A stretch of DNA of 64,000 nucleotides from Parcubacteria group bacterium (GTDB lineage Bacteria; Patescibacteriota; Microgenomatia; UBA1400; PJMF01). Positions 19,925 through 28,477 of the stretch are shown one piece after another. Both the position numbers and the translations under genes were made by a program. The notes beneath the pieces are model-generated. The model was not told the DNA's origin, searched no databases, and saw only the letters and a list, made by a program, of their open reading frames with translations. The stretch is from assembly GCA_943350175.1 (NCBI GenBank), contig CALQZX010000001.1, positions 21,818 through 85,817 on the forward strand, in the 5' to 3' direction. Each line of letters starts with the position of its first letter. Positions within the stretch are counted from its first letter, which is position 1.

Positions 19925-21929
19925 GTTCTTTTTAGTTTTTTTCTTTATATTTTTTACCTTTGCTTTTAACCAGCGATCTGCTTTTGCTGCTGACGTTAGC
20001 GTAAGTGCTACTGTTCCAGATTCAGTTCCTCCTTCAGTGCCAATTCTTATTGAACCTGCTGATGAATCTTCATTAGCGGACAACACCCCAACCTTTAGGT
20101 GGTATGAAGCGACTGACAATCTAGCTCTTTCAAATTATGTTTTTTATTTGAATGAGGCTGTTCTGTACGCTGGAATTCCTCTGATAAACACTGACAACAG
20201 CTATTACACTCTTGAGTATGACAGTTTAAATGGAATTTATTCTTTGACTCCCAAAGCCATTCTTGTTGATGCTTCCTATTCTTGGAAAATAGCCGCAGTT
20301 GACTATGCCAATCTAAGCTCCTCTTCAGACATTTGGAATTTTAGAATTGATACTTTGACGCCTAGCTTTGTGCTCAAAAAAATAGGTGACATTGATGTAA
20401 ATATATCTGCTGCTGATGTTGGGAGCGTTTCAACAAGTCCGATTATTATTTTTGGAAGTGATGCTACAGCGAATGAGCCAACTTTAGTGGCTCTTGGAGA
20501 AGCTAATAGTAGCGTTAAATTAACAGTAACTATTCCCGATGATCTGTCGCAAACTTTTACAACATCCATTGATGGCAATGGCAATTATTCTCTGAAACTA
20601 GGAATTCTTCCCAGAGACACTGACATCAGATTGGATTTTATCATTACTGATGGAGTTGGTCATGTTAGCGTCTTGGAAAAAGTATACATTCGCATTGCGC
20701 TCCAATATTGGCCGACAGCCACTTCCACAATTACTTTGACGCCTACCAGCATCTTGAGTCCATCTGTTAGCTCATCGCCGATTTTAACTAAGACTATTTC
20801 TCCGAGTTTAACGACCAAGCCAAGTCTAACTTCAACGCTTTCTCCCACTTTTACTCCTACAGCAACTCCCACATCAACTGGAATTATTCCCATCATTCCT
20901 CCAAGAGAAATTATTCATGAGGTAGGCGATGAATTAGTTGAAGCGATGCCTGAGGCAACAGCGAGCTATATTAGAGATTTTTTATCTTCTAAATTATGGC
21001 AGAATTTATCTTTGTTGTTTGCTCTTTTGCTAATCATTGCTTTTTATTTGTTGTCATTTTTGATTTTACTTAGTAAGTTTTTTTACATGATTTCTTGGCC
21101 GTTGATAAAAAAAATCGCAATTTTATTGTTTCCGTCCTTTTCTAAAGCTAGTAAAAATTTAGTTTTTGAATATAGAGATACTCTGGCTAGTCCTTTGACC
21201 AAAGTTGTCTTGTTGGGACAGGATGATCAGGTTATAGATTTTGCGATTACCAATTTGAATGGTAATTTTGACGATCTCTCCTACCCAGTTGATAAAAAAT
21301 GGAGATTGAAAGTTGAAGATGACAACTTCTATTATCCAATTGGTGATGAAAAACCAAGTCAACTAGAGTACTGGCAATTTTATCAGAACCAGTTGATTGG
21401 CGACGACTATTATGGTCAGGCTATCTTGATTCCGACTCTGAGAGCTGCTGGTCAGGATAAATTGCCATTTTTCGAACGCCTACGCATTTCTGTTCTCTAT
21501 TTGCTAGATTATCCTTTTTGGTTTTTGCTTATTTTTTGGCTATTTTCCTTAATTTTTGCCTTAAGATACCCAAGTATTTACAATGACATTGCTCTAATAT
21601 TTCATTCTTTCATGTTACTGTTTAAAATTTATCTTTTTCTTAAAAAGAAACTAAAATTAGTCTTAGTTGCTAATTTATTAGATGGACAGCAATTGTCCGA
21701 AAACTTAGTATTGTCTTTTTTTGATCAAGATAGTCAGCTGTCTCGTTCTATGGTCATTCCTTTTGATTTTTCAAAATCCAAGCAAATAGAACATTCTTTC
21801 AAAAAAATTACTCTCACCGCTTTCTCTAAAAATTTTGCTTTAGAAAAGGACAATCTTGTTGTCGGAAGTCAAGAAATTGTTCTCAATGAAAAAGAAGAAG
21901 TTCCTATACAAATAAAAAGAGCTTTGTAA
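19890..21929 (+). CDS. Large surface/membrane protein with Ig/FN3-like ectodomains and Thr/Pro/Ser-rich linker
   Basis: Signal peptide; PTFRWYEATD...YSWKIAAVD FN3-like strand pattern; TPTSILSPSVSSSPILTKTISPSLTTKPSLTSTLSPTFTPTATPTSTG linker; several TM helices in the C-terminal 300 aa. Confidence 0.4.
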   Translation: MKNLIIQKKTIKFFLVFFFIFFTFAFNQRSAFAADVSVSATVPDSVPPSVPILIEPADESSLADNTPTFRWYEATDNLALSNYVFYLNEAVLYAGIPLINTDNSYYTLEYDSLNGIYSLTPKAILVDASYSWKIAAVDYANLSSSSDIWNFRIDTLTPSFVLKKIGDIDVNISAADVGSVSTSPIIIFGSDATANEPTLVALGEANSSVKLTVTIPDDLSQTFTTSIDGNGNYSLKLGILPRDTDIRLDFIITDGVGHVSVLEKVYIRIALQYWPTATSTITLTPTSILSPSVSSSPILTKTISPSLTTKPSLTSTLSPTFTPTATPTSTGIIPIIPPREIIHEVGDELVEAMPEATASYIRDFLSSKLWQNLSLLFALLLIIAFYLLSFLILLSKFFYMISWPLIKKIAILLFPSFSKASKNLVFEYRDTLASPLTKVVLLGQDDQVIDFAITNLNGNFDDLSYPVDKKWRLKVEDDNFYYPIGDEKPSQLEYWQFYQNQLIGDDYYGQAILIPTLRAAGQDKLPFFERLRISVLYLLDYPFWFLLIFWLFSLIFALRYPSIYNDIALIFHSFMLLFKIYLFLKKKLKLVLVANLLDGQQLSENLVLSFFDQDSQLSRSMVIPFDFSKSKQIEHSFKKITLTAFSKNFALEKDNLVVGSQEIVLNEKEEVPIQIKRAL

Positions 21930-21968
21930 TAAAATATCTTTCCTAATATAAAAAAATAAAGTAAAAAT

Positions 21969-23222
21969 ATGAGTTTCCACTTTCTCACGATTGGTTTTTC
22001 TACAAAAAAAATGCATGTGCAGGCAGCCTTAAACGCAGGGTTTAAGGTTAGCTTGCTCACCACCTTCGATAAGTACGAAGATGAATTTAAAAATATTTTT
22101 CATAAAGTTTTGTTAGTTGAAAATATTTACAATTGGCAGCAAATAAAAGATGTTATCGATAAAACAGAAAAAATTGATGCTGTCGTAACAAGATATGAGG
22201 GTTATGTCAGTGTTATGGGGGCCATTAATCAATACCTGGGATTAAATGGCATTAATTATCAGACTGCTAGAAATTTTTGCAATAAATATTCAATGAAACA
22301 AAAGTGGTTGAAATCCGGAGTTCCTTGCGCGGACGGCGTTTGTCTGGACAATCTAGACAAACTTGATTCATTTTTAGAAAAACATTCTTTTCCAATGATT
22401 CTGAAAAAAACCTCAGCAGTTCATTCAAATTTTGTGATAAAAGTTGATTCAAAAAAAGATTTGTTTGAAAAATTAGAATTTTTTAAAACTCAGGTTAATG
22501 GTTATGTCGTTTCCAGGCCTGTTGACGGATATGGTGATAAGCTAAATGAATGCCATTTTTTACTAGAAGAAATGCTTAAAGGAAGAGAATTAACAGTTGA
22601 CACCTTTGTTTTAGATTCAAAATTCGTTCACACTCCAATTTGTGAGTACGTGTTGGCTCATGATTTAGGAATAAATGATTCATATTTGCCAATTAGAACA
22701 ATGCCAATTTCTCTAGATTCCGATCAAGAAAAGATGGTTATTGAAACGGTTGAAAAGGCTTTGGTTGCTCTCTCTGCCAAGAATTGCGTTTGTCACACGG
22801 AGTTGTTTTTTGATGAAAAAAATAATAGCTGCAGAATAATAGAGTCTACCCCCAGAAGTGGAGGAAATCGTGCTGAAATGACCAGGATGACAACGGAATA
22901 TGATTATAATCTGGCAGTCTTTAAAGCGGCTGCAAATCTAGATCTGCAGCCGCTTAAAAAACCAATCAAAGCTGTTTGCGTGGTTGAATATTTTGCTGAA
23001 AAAAGCGGGATGATTGATAAAATTGATTTAAAGTTTTTAAGTAAAAACAAAGCAGTAAGTTTGGTAAAGCTTAGGTATGGAGTTGGTGATTTAGTCAAGC
23101 AAGCCAAATTCGGTGGAAAAACAATTGCAAGCTTTTTTGTTGAGGCGGAAAATTCTTTTGAAAGTAAAAAAATCGCCATCGATTTATTTGAAAAAGTTAG
23201 GAAGTCAATTAAATTAAATTAA
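21969..23222 (+). CDS. ATP-grasp domain protein (carboxylate-amine/peptide ligase-like)
   Basis: pre-ATP-grasp Rossmann-like N-terminus, FPMILKKTSAVHSNFVIKVDSKKDL (ATP-binding lysine strand), GRELTVDTFV and HTELFF motifs typical of the ATP-grasp fold. Confidence 0.5.
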   Translation: MSFHFLTIGFSTKKMHVQAALNAGFKVSLLTTFDKYEDEFKNIFHKVLLVENIYNWQQIKDVIDKTEKIDAVVTRYEGYVSVMGAINQYLGLNGINYQTARNFCNKYSMKQKWLKSGVPCADGVCLDNLDKLDSFLEKHSFPMILKKTSAVHSNFVIKVDSKKDLFEKLEFFKTQVNGYVVSRPVDGYGDKLNECHFLLEEMLKGRELTVDTFVLDSKFVHTPICEYVLAHDLGINDSYLPIRTMPISLDSDQEKMVIETVEKALVALSAKNCVCHTELFFDEKNNSCRIIESTPRSGGNRAEMTRMTTEYDYNLAVFKAAANLDLQPLKKPIKAVCVVEYFAEKSGMIDKIDLKFLSKNKAVSLVKLRYGVGDLVKQAKFGGKTIASFFVEAENSFESKKIAIDLFEKVRKSIKLN

Positions 23223-24179
23223 ATTATTTCTAATGATTTCATTGACTGCTTTTTTATAACCACTTTGGTCTTCAGTAAAAACTTTGGGTAGAATTAAATT
23301 CTTGCTGATCCCAATTTTTTTAGCCTTATCGATGTCTTTCAAGTCTATTTTTCCATAATAAAGCTCGCTCGGATCATAATTGTTTTTTTTAAGATAGTTT
23401 AAGACTTCGACAAAGCCCTCAAAATAAACCAAATCTTTAGTGAAAGCGCCTTTTTTGCTAGTGTCGCAAATACCCCTCTTTTTTTTAAGGGTCCAAGTCC
23501 AAGCTCTTTCTGGATCTTGCCAAGTTTCATAAAAAAAGTTGAAAACGGTGGCAAAATCTTTTTTGAGGGCTAAGTTGACAGCTAAATAATTAGCCGCTGA
23601 TTTGTAGGCCAGCTTATGCTCGCTAATGATTAGTTCATTAATGGCAGCAAGACCCTCGTCTGTGCGCAGATATGGTCCAAAATCGTTCTCTTTTTTCTTT
23701 TTAAACCAAGACTGTGTTTCATAGTTTAGATGTCTAACAATGTGAGTATCAATCTCGTGATTAAGAATGGCTTCTATTTCACTTTTATCAATTGCCACTG
23801 GAAGTCGAACTTTTATAATTTTTTCGTTGTTGTTGACAGCAATACGACTGATAAAATTACTAGAAAAAACAATTCCATAATCGTTCTCCAAATTATAATA
23901 TTTTAATCTTTTTTCAATTAAGCTTTTAATCTCGTCTTGATTTAGAAAAACTTTACTTCTTTGGATTTGCTCTACCAGATTTTTTTCTTTTAGGTGTTTT
24001 TTCAGAATTCTCTTGGCTAGAAATAAATACCAAAATTTTGGCTTGCCGTGTTTACCGAGTTCGCTTTGTGGAGTATTTTTTTTGTAAATAAACTGCGGAT
24101 TGTATTTGAATGAGGAGGCAAAAAATTTTTCTTTTTCACTTTCCAAATTAAGGGGAATTAGGTCGCTTAGTTTAAGCAT
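23214..24179 (-). CDS. DUF1704 / QEGLA-motif protein (MATCAP-like metallocarboxypeptidase fold)
   Basis: TDEGLAAINE matches the QEGLA signature. HEIDTH matches the atypical HExxxH zinc motif of DUF1704/MATCAP tyrosine carboxypeptidases. In other genomes, members of this family sit next to RimK-like ligases. Confidence 0.55.
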   Translation of the reverse strand: MLKLSDLIPLNLESEKEKFFASSFKYNPQFIYKKNTPQSELGKHGKPKFWYLFLAKRILKKHLKEKNLVEQIQRSKVFLNQDEIKSLIEKRLKYYNLENDYGIVFSSNFISRIAVNNNEKIIKVRLPVAIDKSEIEAILNHEIDTHIVRHLNYETQSWFKKKKENDFGPYLRTDEGLAAINELIISEHKLAYKSAANYLAVNLALKKDFATVFNFFYETWQDPERAWTWTLKKKRGICDTSKKGAFTKDLVYFEGFVEVLNYLKKNNYDPSELYYGKIDLKDIDKAKKIGISKNLILPKVFTEDQSGYKKAVNEIIRNNLI

Positions 24180-24196
24180 AAAAACTTTCTGATCTT

Positions 24197-25483
24197 TTAT
24201 TCATCAAATCTAATGATGAAATTTTTAAGATCTTTGCGGCCAATTTCTATTTTATTTTGTTTGCTATTTAGTTTATTGCTGACGATCATGGTGGTTTTGA
24301 CAACTTGATCTTTAATTTTAAATTTGACCTCTACTACTGGCACTTTACCTTCTTCTTGCTCTGATTGGAACCAAAGCAGATCGTCGACATCAATTAAGCC
24401 AAGTTCTTGAGCTAATTTTTTGGAAATGGCACTGCTGAAGCGACCGGTATTTAAAAAGGCGCTGGTTTCAATTTTTTGCTTATGATCTCCCCAGACAATG
24501 ATGTCTTCGTAAAGTGAAACAACTGGAAATTCTGCCTTGTTTTTGATTTTGGCTGCAAAATCACTGGCAAAAAGAGCCTGAGCTACTTTGACGCCATGTT
24601 TGGGACCTTGAATGTTGAGATCCTCCACTCGTTCTAGTCTTCTGCGAAGTCCGGCGCGATTTGCAGCCTGTATGGAAAGTCCTGGAGCAGCATTGATTTC
24701 CACCACCATTGGACCCTTGTCTTTGTGAATAAAAAGATCGATGCCAGTGAATTGTAATCCGGCGACATTACTGGCTATAACTGCTGTTTCTAGAAGCTTC
24801 TCCCATTCAGGGATGATGATGCCATTGAGCTTTTTCTTGGTTCCTGGAAGATATCGAATTGGTTCGCTTTTATGAGCCAGAGCGAAGGTGGTAATGCCTG
24901 TGGCCAAATCAATGCCGACTGCCAAAGCTCCTTGAGCCAAATTGGCACGACCGCCAGATTCTTCCGTTGGCAAGCGCAGCATAGCCATAACAGGAACACT
25001 GTTGAAAACAATCACTCTAATGTCTGGAGTGCCTTTGTAAGAATACTTTAATAATTTTGGATGAATCGGAATTCTTTCCTCAATAATGACGTTGTGATTG
25101 GTGCCGTGGATGCTGTACTGTCCAGAAAGAATGTCACTGCAATGTAATTTGATGTCGTCTAGACCCCATTTGTTGCCAAGCATGTCTGTCCAGGAATCTT
25201 CTGAGGTTTTGCTTCGAAACGGAATAACTCCAGTTCCAGCATAACCATTAGTTGGTTTAATCACGAAATCTTTTTCCAAGTTTTGCCAGTCAAAATCAGC
25301 GATGTCTTCTTCGGTGGCAAGAATGCCGTAAATCTCTGCTGTAGCGATGTTGTTGTCACGCAAGAGGATTTTTGTGGCGTATTTGGAATGAACAATTGCC
25401 TTGGATTTATTTGAACTACGGCTCAAATAAATTGCATTGCGAGCATTGATTCCCAAAAGATCTTTGGCTTTGTGAATAAACAT
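24197..25483 (-). CDS. Alpha-L-glutamate ligase-related (RimK-like ATP-grasp) protein with C-terminal extension
   Basis: LLGINARNAIYL, KYATKILLRDNNIATAEIYG and DFVIKPTNGYAGTGV align with my recollection of the rimK_rel_E_lig consensus. About 120 extra C-terminal residues could be a degenerate retropepsin-like (DUF785-type) domain with NTG in place of DTG. Confidence 0.6.
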   Translation of the reverse strand: MFIHKAKDLLGINARNAIYLSRSSNKSKAIVHSKYATKILLRDNNIATAEIYGILATEEDIADFDWQNLEKDFVIKPTNGYAGTGVIPFRSKTSEDSWTDMLGNKWGLDDIKLHCSDILSGQYSIHGTNHNVIIEERIPIHPKLLKYSYKGTPDIRVIVFNSVPVMAMLRLPTEESGGRANLAQGALAVGIDLATGITTFALAHKSEPIRYLPGTKKKLNGIIIPEWEKLLETAVIASNVAGLQFTGIDLFIHKDKGPMVVEINAAPGLSIQAANRAGLRRRLERVEDLNIQGPKHGVKVAQALFASDFAAKIKNKAEFPVVSLYEDIIVWGDHKQKIETSAFLNTGRFSSAISKKLAQELGLIDVDDLLWFQSEQEEGKVPVVEVKFKIKDQVVKTTMIVSNKLNSKQNKIEIGRKDLKNFIIRFDE

Positions 25484-25485
25484 TT

Positions 25486-26502
25486 TTATTCCTCTTCTTG
25501 TGAGTCGCTTCCATTTGAGTTGTCTTTAAAACTGCTGAATTTGCCATTGCGATTAAACAGATCCTTAAATCTTAAGTACTCAAGAAGGCGTAAGCCAGTA
25601 TATTTACCAATGGCTAAATTAATGATAGCTACACCAATTAAAGTCATTTCCGGTCTTAAAATGACAAATTTTTGTAGTGCTTCTGAGCCAATAATCAGTG
25701 AACATAAAACGGCGATGAGCAGTGTTTCAAAAGTGATTTGTAAGGCTTCTTTTTGACTACTAAAAAGCTGAGTTTCCATAAAATTTTCAGTTAAAAGAAT
25801 AATGATTAATAAAGGAAAGATGCTGATGTTGATAATCAGATTGACGTTGTAGACAGAACCAATTAGTAATAAGGCTAGGATGGCTATGGAAACACTCATT
25901 AGCAGCATGGCCGTTCTTGGTAGCATTGGTAGCTTAAGTTTTTTTAAAACAGGCCTGGTCATTAGGGCGGTGAATAGGACAGCCGCAAAAACAACCACTC
26001 CAGTAGCAATGCCAGTGGAAACAAAAGCTACAGATAGAACCGCTGGGATGTAAATGCCGAAGCCTTTTAATCCGATGACGTGTCTAGAGAAAGCAACTAA
26101 AGAGGCAATGATTGGAAAAATTAATAAAATAACAATAATATTAGCAGGCATACCGCTGCCGATGGCTTTACGAATTGCCTTTTGAACGATGTTGTTCCAA
26201 CTTAGAGCACCGATGGGATGTTCATCAAGAAAAGCAGCAAGAACGCTTTTTTTCTGACCACTAGTCTCGGTAATGTCTTGGTCAGTTTTTTGTTGCAATT
26301 TTTCTACCACCTCAGCTGATGGTGAGGAAAGCTTGGCGCTGTCCGTTGTTATGGCAGTTGCGCTGGCATCTTGTGTAGGTGAGAGAAACACAGTTTCACC
26401 AGCTGGTTTGACTTGAGCCTCAGCAAGACTTGATCTAACCAAAGTAATAATAGAAATGTGAAACAGAAAAAATAGTATTAAAGCGAGTTTATAAATTTTC
26501 AT
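25486..26502 (-). CDS. Polytopic membrane protein (about 7 TM) partner of the RimK-like ligase
   Basis: N-terminal signal/anchor and Ser/Thr/Ala-rich linker, then 6-7 hydrophobic helices, acidic C-terminal tail. Immediately upstream of, and nearly abutting, the ligase gene (3-nt gap). Confidence 0.4.
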   Translation of the reverse strand: MKIYKLALILFFLFHISIITLVRSSLAEAQVKPAGETVFLSPTQDASATAITTDSAKLSSPSAEVVEKLQQKTDQDITETSGQKKSVLAAFLDEHPIGALSWNNIVQKAIRKAIGSGMPANIIVILLIFPIIASLVAFSRHVIGLKGFGIYIPAVLSVAFVSTGIATGVVVFAAVLFTALMTRPVLKKLKLPMLPRTAMLLMSVSIAILALLLIGSVYNVNLIINISIFPLLIIILLTENFMETQLFSSQKEALQITFETLLIAVLCSLIIGSEALQKFVILRPEMTLIGVAIINLAIGKYTGLRLLEYLRFKDLFNRNGKFSSFKDNSNGSDSQEEE

Positions 26503-26522
26503 TGTTTTTTATTATAACAATT

Positions 26523-26885
26523 TTACAAAATCAAAGCAAAAGCCCCTTGTAAAAAGCCGATCATGGCAGAGGCTAAAAGTAAGGAGAAAAATTGATTGAG
26601 GTGTATGCCAAGAACAATTACGTTGTTAATGACAAAACCTGGCACGAAATAAGTAGCGAGGTAAAGAATGAAAACATTTATAACTAAAGAGAAGAGGCCA
26701 AGAGTGACAACATTGATTGGCAAAAATAAAATTTTTAAGACTGGTCTCAGCAGTTTTTCCAGCAAGGTGAGAACGATTCCGGCAATAATCAAAGTAAGGG
26801 AATTGCTGTAATCAATATTTGGGAAAAACCAGGCTAAGATAGCGATGGTTAGAATTGAACTAAGGACGGCTTTGATAAATTTCAT
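26523..26885 (-). CDS. Small 4-TM membrane protein, phage-holin-4-like (DUF360-type)
   Basis: LLRPVLKILFLPINVVTLGLFSLVINVFILYLATYFVPGFVINN resembles the superfamily-IV holin/DUF360 pattern. Four hydrophobic segments. Confidence 0.4.
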   Translation of the reverse strand: MKFIKAVLSSILTIAILAWFFPNIDYSNSLTLIIAGIVLTLLEKLLRPVLKILFLPINVVTLGLFSLVINVFILYLATYFVPGFVINNVIVLGIHLNQFFSLLLASAMIGFLQGAFALIL

Positions 26886-27100
26886 ATTTTTTAATCTCCA
26901 AACCTAAAAAAAGTCACGTTCGATGAAAATTTGTGATTTGTTTTAGTTGACAATCTTCTTCTCACTCGGTGAAGTCGCTGTCTATTTGCACTTTGCTAAT
27001 TTAAGATTTTTAGTCAGCTTCTTCAACGCACTTATTTTAAGTTTGGAGATTGAATTGTCTAAATGTAAGTGTAGCACTTAAATTAAATTTAATGAATTAT

Positions 27101-28477
27101 TTAGTCAATTTTCAAGAATTCTCCAGACCTCAATCTCGTGTGGTGTTTTTTGGCGAAGCGATGCGCTTCATCGCGCAATCTTTGCAACATTTTAAGGGTT
27201 GGATGGTCTGCTTGCAGTGGGATTATTTTTGTTTCGATTCCATCTTTCTTGTTTTCATCTTTTATAGAGACAACGAGTCTGTCTGGATTTTTTACCAAGC
27301 CAATGATAGGAATTTCCAAATCCCAAACTTTGGCAACCGCTCTAACTTGGCCTCTTCCTCCGTCAATCATAATTAAATCAGCACTTCCCCATTCTGGGTG
27401 TTTTTGCCTGCGCGTAAGGGCTTCCTGAAGCATTCCATAGTCATTGGGAGTGTCTAGGGATTTAATTTTAAAAAATTTATATTCGTTATTATCAATTTCG
27501 CCATCAGCCAGCACCACCATCGAGACCGTAGCCTGCTGTCCCATGGTATTACTGACATCGTAACCTTCAATGCGTTCAAATTTTTGTTGGCTTCCAACAA
27601 TGCCTTCTTGATGAAGGATATGTCGCAAGTGAACTAAAGCTTCTTTGGCTTCTTCTTGCCTGAAATTTGGCAAAATAATGTCTGATTTTAGTTTATATTG
27701 ACTGCTAGTGATTTCTTTTATAAGAGTGATTTTGTTTTTATTGATAAGGGCTTTTTCATAGGCTTCTACTTTTGAAAAAACTAACATTTCTTTTTCTAGT
27801 TCTTTTAGTAAACTATTTTTTTGGCCTTTGAGAAAAGCTATTAGCTGCTTGATGTCTTTTTGATATTCTTCTTTGCTAATTTTTTGGCAGCAAGCTCCGG
27901 AGCAAAGATCTAGATGGTGATAGAGGCAGGCTTTGCTTTTGCTGTCATTTTTTTGATTGCACCATTTAAAAATTGGTCGAATAATTTTAAGTACTTCATT
28001 TAATCGGTTGGAACTGGAAAATGGGCCAAAGAGAGCGAGTTTTTCTTGATAGATTTTTTTGCTTAGATCAGTTTTTCTTACACGCAGTATTTTTGGAAAA
28101 TCTTCTTTGCTAATCAAAATATAGATGTTGGATTTATCATCTTTTAAACGGCTGTTGAAATATGGTTGGTGAGCTTTGATGAGCTCGGCCTCGATTAATA
28201 AGGCTTCAATTTCGCTATCAAGTACCTGATGCTCCACTCTGTGGGCCAGCTCCGTCATTTTCTTGATTTTCCTTGAGAGCAGTGGAGATCTCTTGTAGTT
28301 GGCGACTCTCTTCTTCAAGTTTTTGGCCTTTCCTACGTAGAGAATTTGCGAGTTTTCGTCCAAGAAGGAATAAACTCCCGGCAACGAGGGTAACGACAAT
28401 AAATCCGCCTCCCAAGAAAATGATTTTATTGGGGTCGGCGATTTTGACTTTGATGCTGGGGCTGACTTCGAATTCAT
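27101..28477 (-). CDS. uvrC: Excinuclease ABC subunit C (short form lacking C-terminal HhH)
   Basis: GIY-YIG motif (PGVYSFLDENSQILYVGKAKNLKKRVANY), Cys-rich UvrB-interaction region, C-terminal endonuclease motif LQRLRDEAHRFA. The N-terminal 30 aa of the ORF are probably not translated (overlap with the upstream gene). Confidence 0.75.
   Translation of the reverse strand: MNSKSAPASKSKSPTPIKSFSWEADLLSLPSLPGVYSFLDENSQILYVGKAKNLKKRVANYKRSPLLSRKIKKMTELAHRVEHQVLDSEIEALLIEAELIKAHQPYFNSRLKDDKSNIYILISKEDFPKILRVRKTDLSKKIYQEKLALFGPFSSSNRLNEVLKIIRPIFKWCNQKNDSKSKACLYHHLDLCSGACCQKISKEEYQKDIKQLIAFLKGQKNSLLKELEKEMLVFSKVEAYEKALINKNKITLIKEITSSQYKLKSDIILPNFRQEEAKEALVHLRHILHQEGIVGSQQKFERIEGYDVSNTMGQQATVSMVVLADGEIDNNEYKFFKIKSLDTPNDYGMLQEALTRRQKHPEWGSADLIMIDGGRGQVRAVAKVWDLEIPIIGLVKNPDRLVVSIKDENKKDGIETKIIPLQADHPTLKMLQRLRDEAHRFAKKHHTRLRSGEFLKID

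Noticed and set aside
25472-25756. 94-aa plus-strand ORF overlapping the start of the 7-TM protein gene
   Set aside because: Entirely antisense to a supported membrane-protein gene. No independent support.
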